NCBI GenBank assembly: GCA_021826065.1
Contig: JAKADY010000011.1
Span: 7-64,006, forward strand
Source: Pseudomonadota bacterium
GTDB taxonomy: Bacteria > Pseudomonadota > Gammaproteobacteria > Burkholderiales > Thiobacillaceae
Direction of reading: 5' to 3'
DNA: 64,000 nucleotides
A model generated the notes under the pieces. That model saw nothing but the letters and a program-made list of their open reading frames with translations, was not told where the DNA came from and ran no database searches. Shown piece after piece: positions 33,460 to 42,264 of the stretch. The first letter of the stretch is position 1. Each line of letters opens with the position of its first letter. Both the position numbers and the translations under genes were made by a program.

Positions 33460-34986
33460 TCAATGCGCCGCCTCCACGGTTTCCGCTTCGATGAAGGCGC
33501 AGCGCTCACCGCCCGCGCGGTCGCTCACCGCCATCTGGCAGTGCAGCAGGCCGCGCGCGTACAAATCCGCATAACGCGCCTCGATCGCTGCCTTGACGCG
33601 ACGGCAGCGGGCCACTGCCCGCTCACGCCCGCCCGGCACGCGCGAGGAGTAATGAAAGTGCACCAGCACCGGCACGGCCAGCCCGCGGCGGACGTTGAGC
33701 CCCGTGAAGATCTTGATGCCCACGTCCATGTCGGCCGCACCCTCCTCGACGGTGTCCAGGTGGGCGAAGTAGTACTGGTTGCGCAACTGCACCTCGCCCG
33801 GCGCCTCGCCCGCGCAGATGAACTCCTCATCGTGGCCGATCACGGCATAGCGGCCGGCGTGGTGCTGGATGACGTATTCGATCTGCGAGAGGTTGGCCTC
33901 CAGGAGCCTCAAGACCAGGGCACGCATGCCCGGCGCCATCTCGCCCTCGCCCTGCGCCCAGCCGTCGGCGCGCTCGGTCCGCGCCACAACCTGCGCGATG
34001 TGTTCACGCGCCGCTGCAGCGTCGAGACCCAGCGTCTCGCGGTAGAGCGCGGCGGTGTCGACGTAACGGTAGGGGTTGACCTCGCCGTTGGCATCGGGCA
34101 GATGCACGCGGATCGCATCCAGGTCGGTGTCGACGCCGATCAGCAGGATATCCGGGGCGGCCCCGCGCCCGAAGGTGTTGTCGATCGCCGCGCGCAATTC
34201 GTTGAGCCGCGCGAGCGCTGCCTCCACCGCGCGGTTGTCGTTGCTGCCATGCGCGGCGCAACCCTGATGGCCGGGGTCGGAGGTGCTGTAGTGGTAGACC
34301 GCCACCTTGAGATAGTTGGCCGTCTCGCCGTCGGGGATGCCGCCAGTCAGGCGGTCCAGCTCGCGCTGCGCCCAGTCGGCCACGTCGCCCTCGACATCGA
34401 ACATCACGCCGGCATAGGCCTTGACGTACACATCCGGGTTGGGGGCGATGCGCAGGATGAAGGGCAGCAGCCCCTGCAGGCGCCCGTCCGCGCAGGGACT
34501 GACGTCCACCGTGTGGTAGCCGCAGGCGCGGATGAACTCGGGCGTGAGCACCATACGCTCGCGCCAGGGAGCCTGTTCGATCTCGGCCTGATCCACGCTC
34601 GCCTTGAAGGTGCGGAAGATGCAGTGGGCGTGCAAGGCCCGCATGTCCAGGCCGGTCACCCAGGCGTCCTCCAGCAGCGCCGTGGGCAGCTCGAAGCCCA
34701 GGCACTCGCGCGCCACATGCTGGGCGCGCTCGACGAAGTCGCGCTCGTGCTGCAGCGCCGAGACGACCTTGAGCGCATCGACGATGGTCGCGTATCGGCC
34801 GCGGATCTGCTGCTCGTAGGCGTACAGCCGCTGATTAAGCGCCTGGTCCACCAGGGCGTGCTCGCAGCGCTGCCCCGGCCCGATGACGCAGGCCGGGTTG
34901 GCCGGCAGCACCTCCGCCGCCGGCTGGAGGCCGGCGGCGCGCGCCGTGGCGCGTTGCAGGGCGGCGAGTCGCTTGCGGGTGTTCAT
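33460..34986 (-). CDS. csoS3: carboxysomal carbonic anhydrase CsoSCA
   Basis: 508 aa. Characteristic VDVSPCADGRLQGL and GHQGCAAHGSNDN zinc-site motifs. Located between csoS2 and csoS4A. Confidence 0.92.
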   Translation of the reverse strand: MNTRKRLAALQRATARAAGLQPAAEVLPANPACVIGPGQRCEHALVDQALNQRLYAYEQQIRGRYATIVDALKVVSALQHERDFVERAQHVARECLGFELPTALLEDAWVTGLDMRALHAHCIFRTFKASVDQAEIEQAPWRERMVLTPEFIRACGYHTVDVSPCADGRLQGLLPFILRIAPNPDVYVKAYAGVMFDVEGDVADWAQRELDRLTGGIPDGETANYLKVAVYHYSTSDPGHQGCAAHGSNDNRAVEAALARLNELRAAIDNTFGRGAAPDILLIGVDTDLDAIRVHLPDANGEVNPYRYVDTAALYRETLGLDAAAAREHIAQVVARTERADGWAQGEGEMAPGMRALVLRLLEANLSQIEYVIQHHAGRYAVIGHDEEFICAGEAPGEVQLRNQYYFAHLDTVEEGAADMDVGIKIFTGLNVRRGLAVPVLVHFHYSSRVPGGRERAVARCRRVKAAIEARYADLYARGLLHCQMAVSDRAGGERCAFIEAETVEAAH

Positions 34987-34996
34987 GCCTCAGCCC

Positions 34997-37714
34997 TCAG
35001 CCGCGCGCCCCGCCCGAGTAGGTGACGATGGCGCCCTTGCTGGTGTTGCCGGAGGAGCCGGTGATGCGGCTCTCGGGCACCGGCGGGTGCTCGATCTCGC
35101 GCCACTCGCGGGCATTCACCCCTTCCCCGCGCGGGTGGCCACGCAGCGACGGGTTGCGCGCCAGGGCCGAGGCGCCCTCGGTGCCGGTGACCCGGCTTCG
35201 CGGATGCCAGGCGTCGCCGGTGATGCGCGGACCATCCTGGCGGCCCTCGCCAGTGACACGCCAGGCGGCGGCGATGCGCTCCTGCTCGGCCGCCTGCTGG
35301 CCCAGGGCCCCGATGTGGCGGAACTCGGGCGTACCGGTCACCAGGCCGGCGGCTTTGTTGACCGGGCCGGTGATGCGCTCGCTGGTGTAAGCGGTGCCGG
35401 TGACCTCGGCATAGCGGCGCTCCCAGGCCTCACGGGCAGGCGACTTGATGCTGAAGTCCATCGGCGCCGGCGGCCGCGGCGGCTCCTCCCAGGTGCGCGC
35501 CCGCGGCACGAAGCGGCCGCTCACGGGCGTGGTGGCGCACTGTGCGGGCAGGTTGTCGGCCCCGACATAGGGCGTGCCGGTCACCGGCTCGCAGGCGCCA
35601 CGCTCGTCGCCGGTCATCCTACTGCCACCGGCACCGGGGCGGTCGCCGGTGACCACCGCCGCGGGTATGGTCGCCTTGCTCGGCAGGTGGGCGAGCTGGG
35701 CCTCGACTTCGGGCGTGGCGCAGAAGTTGGCGTACTGGCTGCGGCCGATGTAGGGCGTGCCCGAGATGGGGGCGCAGCCGCCGTATTCGTCGCCGGTGAC
35801 CTTGCTGGAGCGGCCGACATGGCTGCCGGTGATCGGCTGGCCACGCCAGGTCTGATCGACCTGGACCTTGGCGATCGACTGGACCGGGGTGCTCACGGCG
35901 CAGACCTCAGGGTCGGCCACCGTGTAATCAATACCGGTGACGGGCTTGCACCCCCCTGGCTCGTCACCGGTCACCTTTGGGCTGCGCCCGACCTCCGTAC
36001 CGGTCACGGTCTGACCGGCCAGCGTCTGCGCCGCACCCACCTTGCGCGGACCGCCCACCGTGCACAGGGGGCCGAAGTCGCGCGCGTTGAAGTATTGCGT
36101 GCCCGTGATGTTGCGGCAGGCACCCGGCTCGTCGCCGGTGACCTTGGCGGAACGGCCCACCTCGGTGCCGGTGACCGGCAGGTCCTTGCGCGAGGACATC
36201 ACGCTCACCTTGCGCGGCACCGGCGGCGGCGCGGTGTGGCAGATCTCCTCGAACTGCTCGGTGGCCAGGTATTGGGTGCCGGTGATGCCGCGGCAGGCGC
36301 CCGGCTCGTCGCCGGTGATCTTGACGGTGTGGCCCACCGCCGTGCCGGTGACCGGCTTGCCGCCGGCCGTGTGGGTGACGATCACCTTGTCCGGGCCGGT
36401 GTCGGGCGCGGCCTGGGTGTAGCGGGTGCCAGTGATGGGACGATCGGCGCCCGGCTCGTCGCCCGTGACCTTGGGCGAGCGCCCCACCAGGGTGCCGGTC
36501 ACGACCTTGCCCTTGTCGGTCTGGGTCACACCGATCTTGGGCGGCATCAGCGGCTGCGGCCGGGTGGCGCAGAACTCCTCGAAGCGCTCGGCGGAGAGGT
36601 ATTCGGTGCCGGTGATGTTGCGGCAGCTGCCCGGCTCGTCGCCGGTGACCTTGGCGGAGCGGCCCACCTCGGTGCCGGTGACCTTGTGGCTACGCAGCGT
36701 CGTGCTCACCCCCACCTTCGCCGGCCCCGGCTCGGGGCGGGTCTTGCAGATCGTCTCGTATTGCTCGGCGCCGATGTATTCGGTGCCGGTGATGACGCGG
36801 CAGGAGCCCGGTTCGTTACCCGTGACCTTGGGGCTGCGCTCCACCATGGTGCCGGTCACCGTGTGGCCGGATAGCGTGTGGCCCTCCTCGACCTTGGGCG
36901 GCGCCGGGACCTCCAAGCGGGCGCGCACGCGGCCGGTGGGGCGCGTTCCGGTCTGGCTCACGCCGGTGCGGCCGGCCAGTGACTGCACCAGCCGCCGCTG
37001 CATGGCGATCTGGCGGCCGGTCGCCCCCTTGGCGATGGCCGCCTGCCAGTCCTGGCCCGGCAGGGTGGCGGCGATCTTGGTGGCCTGTGCCACGCGCTTG
37101 AGGCCGGCCTTGCCGTCCTGGGCCAGGGCGGCGCGGCGCGCGCGCGCGAGGGCCCGGCCGGTGGGGGCCTCGCTGGTGATGCGGGTATAGCCCGGTTGTT
37201 CGGTGTCCGCAGCCGTCCGCAGGCCGGTCTCGCTCGCCGTTGCGGTCTGGGCGCCGCCGCAACCGCCGGGGGCGCCGTTGCAACCACAGCCGCAGCCCTT
37301 GGCGGCAGCCGGCATCGCCTGCGCCGTGTCGGCCGCGACCGGGCTCTGACGGGTCGGGCGCACCCGTCCGGTCGGGCGGCTGGCAGCACTCTGCAAGGCC
37401 GCCTTGCCGGCGAGACTCAAGGCCTCACGCCGGGCCCGGCCCGGCTTGGCGCCGAGCGCGGCCCTGAGCTGGGCGACGAGGGCGGCATCGTTATGGCTGG
37501 CCGCCGGCTCGACTGCATAACTAGGGGCCGTCGCCTCGCGCGGGGCCTCCGCCACCGCCGGGGCGTTGTACATGGCCGGCGCCGGCCGGGCGACCGTGGT
37601 CTTGAAGACCCCGGTCTTGCCATGCCGGGCCATGGCCTGCCGGCGCCTCAGGGCCAGCTCGCGCCCGGACAGCGTGGCGCTGGCGGGTGCCGTGCTATCT
37701 GCGGCTTGTGTCAT
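34997..37714 (-). CDS. csoS2: carboxysome scaffold protein CsoS2
   Basis: Repetitive disordered protein with many VTG[TD]E.G...(V/I)TG repeats (e.g. KVTGDEPGSCRNITGTEY) and a basic N-terminal R/K repeat region. ATG 37714 with GAGG upstream is preferred over the track GTG at 37750. Confidence 0.92.
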   Translation of the reverse strand: MTQAADSTAPASATLSGRELALRRRQAMARHGKTGVFKTTVARPAPAMYNAPAVAEAPREATAPSYAVEPAASHNDAALVAQLRAALGAKPGRARREALSLAGKAALQSAASRPTGRVRPTRQSPVAADTAQAMPAAAKGCGCGCNGAPGGCGGAQTATASETGLRTAADTEQPGYTRITSEAPTGRALARARRAALAQDGKAGLKRVAQATKIAATLPGQDWQAAIAKGATGRQIAMQRRLVQSLAGRTGVSQTGTRPTGRVRARLEVPAPPKVEEGHTLSGHTVTGTMVERSPKVTGNEPGSCRVITGTEYIGAEQYETICKTRPEPGPAKVGVSTTLRSHKVTGTEVGRSAKVTGDEPGSCRNITGTEYLSAERFEEFCATRPQPLMPPKIGVTQTDKGKVVTGTLVGRSPKVTGDEPGADRPITGTRYTQAAPDTGPDKVIVTHTAGGKPVTGTAVGHTVKITGDEPGACRGITGTQYLATEQFEEICHTAPPPVPRKVSVMSSRKDLPVTGTEVGRSAKVTGDEPGACRNITGTQYFNARDFGPLCTVGGPRKVGAAQTLAGQTVTGTEVGRSPKVTGDEPGGCKPVTGIDYTVADPEVCAVSTPVQSIAKVQVDQTWRGQPITGSHVGRSSKVTGDEYGGCAPISGTPYIGRSQYANFCATPEVEAQLAHLPSKATIPAAVVTGDRPGAGGSRMTGDERGACEPVTGTPYVGADNLPAQCATTPVSGRFVPRARTWEEPPRPPAPMDFSIKSPAREAWERRYAEVTGTAYTSERITGPVNKAAGLVTGTPEFRHIGALGQQAAEQERIAAAWRVTGEGRQDGPRITGDAWHPRSRVTGTEGASALARNPSLRGHPRGEGVNAREWREIEHPPVPESRITGSSGNTSKGAIVTYSGGARG

Positions 37715-37792
37715 ACCTACCTCGAACGTTGGGTGCGTGACTGCGGACACGGGGCCAAGGCCCGCGCATCCCGTGGGTTAACCTGACGCGGT

Positions 37793-37817
37793 GGGCGGCG
37801 GTGTTCATGCGCCGCCC
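37793..37817 (-). promoter_or_regulatory. GC hairpin in the cbbS-csoS2 intercistronic gap
   Basis: GGGCGGCG-GTGTTCATG-CGCCGCCC, 8-bp perfect stem, no U-run. Candidate mRNA processing/stability or partial attenuation structure. Confidence 0.4.
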
Positions 37818-37826
37818 GCACGGCGT

Positions 37827-38156
37827 TCAGCGATAGACCACGAAGGCCATGCCCTGGCTTTGTGCGTAGTTGTCGTAGGCGACGAAACGCACCATGTGGT
37901 CGGGGAATTCCCGGTGGCAGGCCTCGATTTCGGCCAGCACGGCGTCGACCGACTGCTCGCCGAACATGGGCAGCTTCCACATGTACCAGAAGCTGACACG
38001 GGCCGGGGTGCCACGCTCGGTGTGCTCGACCGCCGGGTTCCAGCCCTGGGCGATAGCGTAGGCGATCTGCTTGCGCACCTGCTCGGGGGTCATCTGCGGC
38101 AGGTAGGAGAAGGTCTCGTATTTCTTACCGGAACGATAGGCTTGCACGTTGGCCAT
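37827..38156 (-). CDS. cbbS: RuBisCO small subunit (form IA)
   Basis: 109 aa; [34 protein letters not shown] and [19 protein letters not shown] are typical CbbS. Confidence 0.93.
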   Translation of the reverse strand: MANVQAYRSGKKYETFSYLPQMTPEQVRKQIAYAIAQGWNPAVEHTERGTPARVSFWYMWKLPMFGEQSVDAVLAEIEACHREFPDHMVRFVAYDNYAQSQGMAFVVYR

Positions 38157-38197
38157 TTGGGTTTCCTTTCAATTCGTTGGGTCGGTGCCATTCTGGA

Positions 38198-38255
38198 CCC
38201 CGGACCAGGCCTGCGGCCTGTCCGGGGTGACCCGGTGCCTGCGGCGCCGGGTCAC
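38198..38255 (-). promoter_or_regulatory. two adjacent GC-rich hairpins between cbbL and cbbS
   Basis: CCCCGGACCAGGCC-TGC-GGCCTGTCCGGGG (38198-38227, one bulge) and GTGACCCGG-N11-CCGGGTCAC (38227-38255). The second includes the cbbL stop codon. Confidence 0.45.
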
Positions 38256-39673
38256 TTGTGGGCGACGTCCAGCTTGTCCACCACGTCGAACTCGAACTTG
38301 ATCTCTTTCCAGGTCTCCATGGCGATCTTCAGTTCGGGCGAGTGCTGCGCGGCGGCGGTGAGGATCTCCTTGCCTTCCTTCTCCAGCTGACGGCCCTCGT
38401 TGCGCGCCTGCACGCAGGCCTCGAGCGCCACGCGGTTGGCATGGGCGCCGGCCGCGTTGCCCCAGGGGTGGCCCAGGGTGCCGCCGCCAAACTGCAACAC
38501 GGAGTCGTCACCGAAGATGGTGACCAGGGCGGGCATGTGCCAGACGTGGATACCGCCGGAGGCGACGGCGAAGGCGCCGGGCATGGAGCCCCAGTCCTGG
38601 TCGAAGAAGATGCCGCGCGAGCGGTCTTCCGGCACGAAGGATTCGCGCAGCAGGTCGATCCAGCCGAGGGTGGCCTGGCGGTCACCCTCCAGCTTGCCCA
38701 CCACGGTACCGGTGTGCAGGTGGTCGCCGCCGGACAGGCGCAGGATCTTGGTCAGCACGCGGAAGTGGATGCCGTGGTGCGGGTTGCGGTCGAGCACGGC
38801 GTGCATGGCGCGGTGGATGTGCAGCAGCAGGCCGTTCTCACGGCACCAGTTGGCCAGGCCCGTGTTGGCGCAGAAGCCGCCGGTGATGTAGTCGTGCATG
38901 ATGATGGGCGCACCGATCTCCTTGGCGTACTCGGCGCGCTTGTACATCTCCTCAGGCGTCGGGGCGGTCACGTTCAGGTAGTGGCCCTTGCGCTCGCCGG
39001 TCTCCTGCTCGGCCTTGAGGATGGCCTCCATGACGAAGTCGAAGCGCTCGCGCCAGCGCATGAAGGGCTGGCTGTTGACGTTCTCGTCGTCCTTGGTGAA
39101 GTCCAGACCACCGCGCAGGCACTCGTACACGGCGCGGCCGTAGTTCTTGGCCGACAAACCCAGCTTGGGCTTGATGGTGCAGCCGAGCAGCGGACGGCCA
39201 TACTTGTTCAGCTTGTCGCGCTCGACCTGGATGCCGTGCGGCGGGCCGCCGCAGGTCTTCACATAGGCGATGGGGAAGCGCACGTCCTCCAGGCGCAGCG
39301 CCCGGATGGCCTTGAAGCCGAAGACGTTGCCCACCAGGGAGGTGAACACGTTGACCACCGAGCCTTCCTCGAACAGGTCGATGGGGTAGGCGATGAAGGC
39401 GTAGAAGCAGCTGTCGTCGCCGGGCACGTCCTCGATGCGATAGGCGCGGCCCTTGTAGTAGTCGAGGTCGGTCAGCAGGTCGGTCCACACCGTGGTCCAG
39501 GTGCCGGTGGACGACTCGGCGGCCACCGCCGCAGCCGCCTCTTCGCGATCCACGCCCGGCTGCGGGGTGATCTTGAAGCACGCCAGGAGGTCGGTGTCCA
39601 ACGGCTGGTAGTCGGGCATCCAGTAGGTCTGGCGATACTCCTTCACGCCAGCGCTGTAGGTTTTCACTGCCAT
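38252..39673 (-). CDS. cbbL: RuBisCO large subunit (form IA)
   Basis: 473 aa; [63 protein letters not shown] and other invariant form-I motifs. Confidence 0.97.
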   Translation of the reverse strand: MAVKTYSAGVKEYRQTYWMPDYQPLDTDLLACFKITPQPGVDREEAAAAVAAESSTGTWTTVWTDLLTDLDYYKGRAYRIEDVPGDDSCFYAFIAYPIDLFEEGSVVNVFTSLVGNVFGFKAIRALRLEDVRFPIAYVKTCGGPPHGIQVERDKLNKYGRPLLGCTIKPKLGLSAKNYGRAVYECLRGGLDFTKDDENVNSQPFMRWRERFDFVMEAILKAEQETGERKGHYLNVTAPTPEEMYKRAEYAKEIGAPIIMHDYITGGFCANTGLANWCRENGLLLHIHRAMHAVLDRNPHHGIHFRVLTKILRLSGGDHLHTGTVVGKLEGDRQATLGWIDLLRESFVPEDRSRGIFFDQDWGSMPGAFAVASGGIHVWHMPALVTIFGDDSVLQFGGGTLGHPWGNAAGAHANRVALEACVQARNEGRQLEKEGKEILTAAAQHSPELKIAMETWKEIKFEFDVVDKLDVAHK

Positions 39674-39867
39674 GTGTTCACTCCTTCATGAGGATTGTGG
39701 TTAAACCCCTCGACGGGCACTCGCCCCCGGCTCGCATGCAACACCGAAGCCGCCCCATTGGGGGCCAAACGCGCTTGGGGCGTCCCGGCGAACAACCTGT
39801 GAGACTGACGATCTCGAGGTACGCGGGATGATGCGCAAAGGAAACCATTTATAACAGTCACGATTTT

Positions 39868-39894
39868 CTATCGATGTGATAGATTTACATCTAT
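39868..39894. promoter_or_regulatory. candidate CbbR operator in the cbbR-cbbL intergenic region
   Basis: Overlapping inverted repeats CTATC-GATGT-GATAG (39868-39882) and ATAGAT-TTAC-ATCTAT (39879-39894) in the only AT-rich patch of the intergenic region, ~200 nt upstream of the cbbL ATG. Confidence 0.5.
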
Positions 39895-39951
39895 TGATAA
39901 GCACACCACCCATAAGAACCGCCCCGCCCTAGCGTTCCCCTGCGAACCATA

Positions 39952-40018
39952 CAGTCCTCTGTCCTCAGCCTTCAGTCCTCCGGCACGCAGTCCTCTGTCT
40001 TCCGTCCCCAGTCCTCAG
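39952..40018 (+). repeat. CWGTCCT heptad tandem repeats abutting the cbbR start codon
   Basis: CAGTCCT-CTGTCCT-CAGCCTT-CAGTCCT-CCGGCACG-CAGTCCT-CTGTCTT-CCGTCCC-CAGTCCT-CAGA-ATG. No SD-like purine run before ATG 40020. Confidence 0.7.
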
Positions 40019-40019
40019 A

Positions 40020-40928
40020 ATGCGCCACACCACCTTCCGCCAGCTCGAGATCTTCGAGGCCATCGCCCGCCTGGGCAGCTTCACGCGTGCCGCCGAGGAG
40101 CTGCACCTGACCCAGCCCACCGTGTCCATGCAGATGAAAAAGCTCACCGACGCGGTGAACGTCCCGCTCTGTGAGCAGGTGGGCAAGAAGATCTACCTCA
40201 CCGAGGCCGGCCGGGCGCTCGCCCAGGCGGCGCGCGAGGTCTTCGCCATCCTCGACCGCTTCGAGATGTCGGTGGCCGAGCAGCAGGGTCTCAAGAAGGG
40301 GCGGCTCAAGCTCATGGTCATCACCACCGCGTCGTATTTCGCGCCGCGCCTGCTCGGCGAGTTCGCCAAGCGGTATCCCGGCATCGAGGTGGCGCTGTCG
40401 GTGACCAACCGCGAACGGGTGCTCGCCGCCATCGCCGACAACCTGCAGGATCTCTACTTTCTCGGGCAGCCCCCCGAAGGGATCGATGTGGTCGCCCAAC
40501 CCTTCATGGAAAACCCACTGGTGGTGGTGGCCCCGCCGGAACACCCGCTCGCGGGCCAGCGCGCCATCCCGCTCGAGCGGCTGGTGGGCGAGCCCTGGCT
40601 CATGCGCGAGGCCGGCTCGGGCACGCGCAAGGCGGTCGAGCGGCGCTTCGCCGAGCTGGGCCTGCAACCCCAGGTGCGCATGGAATTGGGTGCTAACGAG
40701 GCGATCAAACAGGCCATCCTGGCCGGCCTGGGCATCTCGGTGTTGTCGCGCCACTCGCTGGCGCTGCACCCGCCCGGACAGTTTGCGATCCTCGACGTGC
40801 AGGGCTTCCCCATCCAGCGCCAGTGGTACGCCGTCTATCCGGCCGGCCGCCAACTCACGCCGGTCACCCGCACCTTCCTCGACTTCCTGCTCGCCTACGG
40901 GCGCAACTATGACGCCGGGCCTCGTTGA
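40020..40928 (+). CDS. cbbR: LysR-family transcriptional activator CbbR
   Basis: 302 aa, divergent from cbbL. wHTH FTRAAEELHLTQPTVSMQMKKL and LysR substrate-binding body. Confidence 0.88.
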   Translation: MRHTTFRQLEIFEAIARLGSFTRAAEELHLTQPTVSMQMKKLTDAVNVPLCEQVGKKIYLTEAGRALAQAAREVFAILDRFEMSVAEQQGLKKGRLKLMVITTASYFAPRLLGEFAKRYPGIEVALSVTNRERVLAAIADNLQDLYFLGQPPEGIDVVAQPFMENPLVVVAPPEHPLAGQRAIPLERLVGEPWLMREAGSGTRKAVERRFAELGLQPQVRMELGANEAIKQAILAGLGISVLSRHSLALHPPGQFAILDVQGFPIQRQWYAVYPAGRQLTPVTRTFLDFLLAYGRNYDAGPR

Positions 40929-42153
40929 CGCGGCCGCGGGCGCGCTCGCGCAGCTGCTGCCGCTTACCCAGCCGGCCGACGCCGCCCTGTCGCGCTTCTT
41001 CTCCAGCCGCCCCAAGCTGGGCAGCCGCGACCGCGCCTTCGTCGCCGAGGCCGTCTTCGGCGTCCTGCGCCACCTGCGCAGTCTCGAACACCTGGCCGCA
41101 GGGCGTGATGCGCGACGGCTGCTGCTCGCCTGGCTGGCCCGCCACGGCGGACACAACCTGCGCGAATTCGAGCCGCTGGGCGACGCCGAGGAACTCGCCT
41201 GGCTGCGGGGCGTGAAGGCCACCGACCTCACCGCGCTGCCGGCGCCCGTGCGGCTGGACCTGCCGGACTGGCTCTACACGCGCCTCGCCGAGCGCTATGG
41301 CGATGACCTGGCCGCCCTTGCCACCGCGCTCAACCGGCCCGCCCCGCTCGACCTGCGGGTGAACACGCTCAAGGCCGACCGCGCGGCGGCCATGGCGCGG
41401 CTGGCCGCCGACGGCATCCGTGTCGAACCCACGCCCTGGTCGCCGTGGGGGCTGCGCGTGCAGGGCAAGCCGGCCATCAACCGCCACCCCCTCTTCCTAG
41501 ACGGCACCATCGAGGTCCAGGACGAGGGCAGCCAGCTGCTCGCCCTCATCACCGGGGCGCGGCGTGGCGAGAGGGTGTGCGACTTCTGCGCTGGGGCGGG
41601 CGGCAAGACCCTGGCCCTCGGGGCGATGATGAAGAACACCGGGCGACTGTACGCCTTCGATGTCTCGGAAAAACGCCTGGCCCGACTCAAGCCGCGGCTG
41701 GCCCGTTCCGGGCTGTCCAACGTGCACCCCGTCCACATCAGCGGTGAGACCGACGCGCGGGTGAAGCGCCTCAGCGCCAAGTTCGACCGCGTGCTGGTGG
41801 ACGCGCCCTGCTCGGGGCTGGGCACGCTCCGGCGCAACCCCGACCTCAAATGGCGGCAGACCCCGCAGACGGTGGCCGAACTCACGGCCAAACAGGCCGC
41901 CATCCTCACCGCCGCCGCCGGCCTGGTGAAACCGGGCGGGCGGCTCGTCTACGCCACCTGCAGCCTGCTGCCGGAGGAAAACGAGGCCATCGTCGCCGCC
42001 TTTCTGGACGCACACTTCGAATATCGCCTACAGCCGGTCGGCCCCATCCTGGCCAGCCAGCACATCGACCTGGCGATGGCGGAGGTCCTGCGGCTGGACC
42101 CCGCCCGGCATGGCACGGACGCCTTCTATGCCGCGGTGCTGGAACGGACGTGA
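40909..42153 (+). CDS. RsmB/RsmF-family rRNA (cytosine-C5)-methyltransferase
   Basis: ATG at 40909 (track ORF start 40486 runs through cbbR in another frame). FCAGAGGKTLAL SAM motif and DAPCSGLGTLRRNPDLKW / ATCSLLPEENE catalytic motifs. 20-nt overlap with the cbbR end. Confidence 0.78.
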   Translation: MTPGLVDAAAGALAQLLPLTQPADAALSRFFSSRPKLGSRDRAFVAEAVFGVLRHLRSLEHLAAGRDARRLLLAWLARHGGHNLREFEPLGDAEELAWLRGVKATDLTALPAPVRLDLPDWLYTRLAERYGDDLAALATALNRPAPLDLRVNTLKADRAAAMARLAADGIRVEPTPWSPWGLRVQGKPAINRHPLFLDGTIEVQDEGSQLLALITGARRGERVCDFCAGAGGKTLALGAMMKNTGRLYAFDVSEKRLARLKPRLARSGLSNVHPVHISGETDARVKRLSAKFDRVLVDAPCSGLGTLRRNPDLKWRQTPQTVAELTAKQAAILTAAAGLVKPGGRLVYATCSLLPEENEAIVAAFLDAHFEYRLQPVGPILASQHIDLAMAEVLRLDPARHGTDAFYAAVLERT

Positions 42154-42264
42154 CCCCTTGCTGCATCCGCGACGCGGACGCAGCGCCCATCGGCCAGCCG
42201 CGCAAAGGGCGGTAAACTCTCGACTCAGGCACTGCCGCATCCTGTCGGTCTGATCCCCATCGCC

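Noticed and set aside
31939-35025. 1028-aa plus-strand ORF, the longest in the track
   Set aside because: It runs antisense through three csoS1 genes, csoS4A/B and csoS3, all of which have unmistakable family motifs on the minus strand. Its product is Arg/Gly/His/Ala-rich low-complexity sequence, and the repeated csoS1 DNA explains its internal repeats. It is a typical high-GC shadow ORF.
34883-36874. 663-aa plus-strand ORF opposite csoS2, and the 477-aa ORF 38258..39691 opposite cbbL
   Set aside because: They are antisense to genes with definitive identity (CsoS2 repeats; RuBisCO large subunit). Composition is dominated by Gly/Ala/Arg/Asp/His and no motifs are present.
34997-37714. Programmed -1 ribosomal frameshift site in csoS2 (CsoS2A/CsoS2B isoforms are known in one model organism)
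   Set aside because: I could not identify a convincing X XXY YYZ slippery heptamer with a downstream structure by eye in this GC-rich repeat gene. It needs a dedicated scan (for example KnotInFrame-type) and proteomics.
39952-40018. Heptad repeat arrays (also 58937-59099, 44844-44870) as a CRISPR array
   Set aside because: The repeat unit is 7 nt with no spacers, the arrays are under 100 nt, and no cas genes are in the window.
40486-40908. N-terminal 141 codons of the 555-aa track ORF for the RsmB-like gene
   Set aside because: This part overlaps cbbR in a different frame and is Trp/Arg/Ser/Pro-rich. The methyltransferase similarity begins after ATG 40909.
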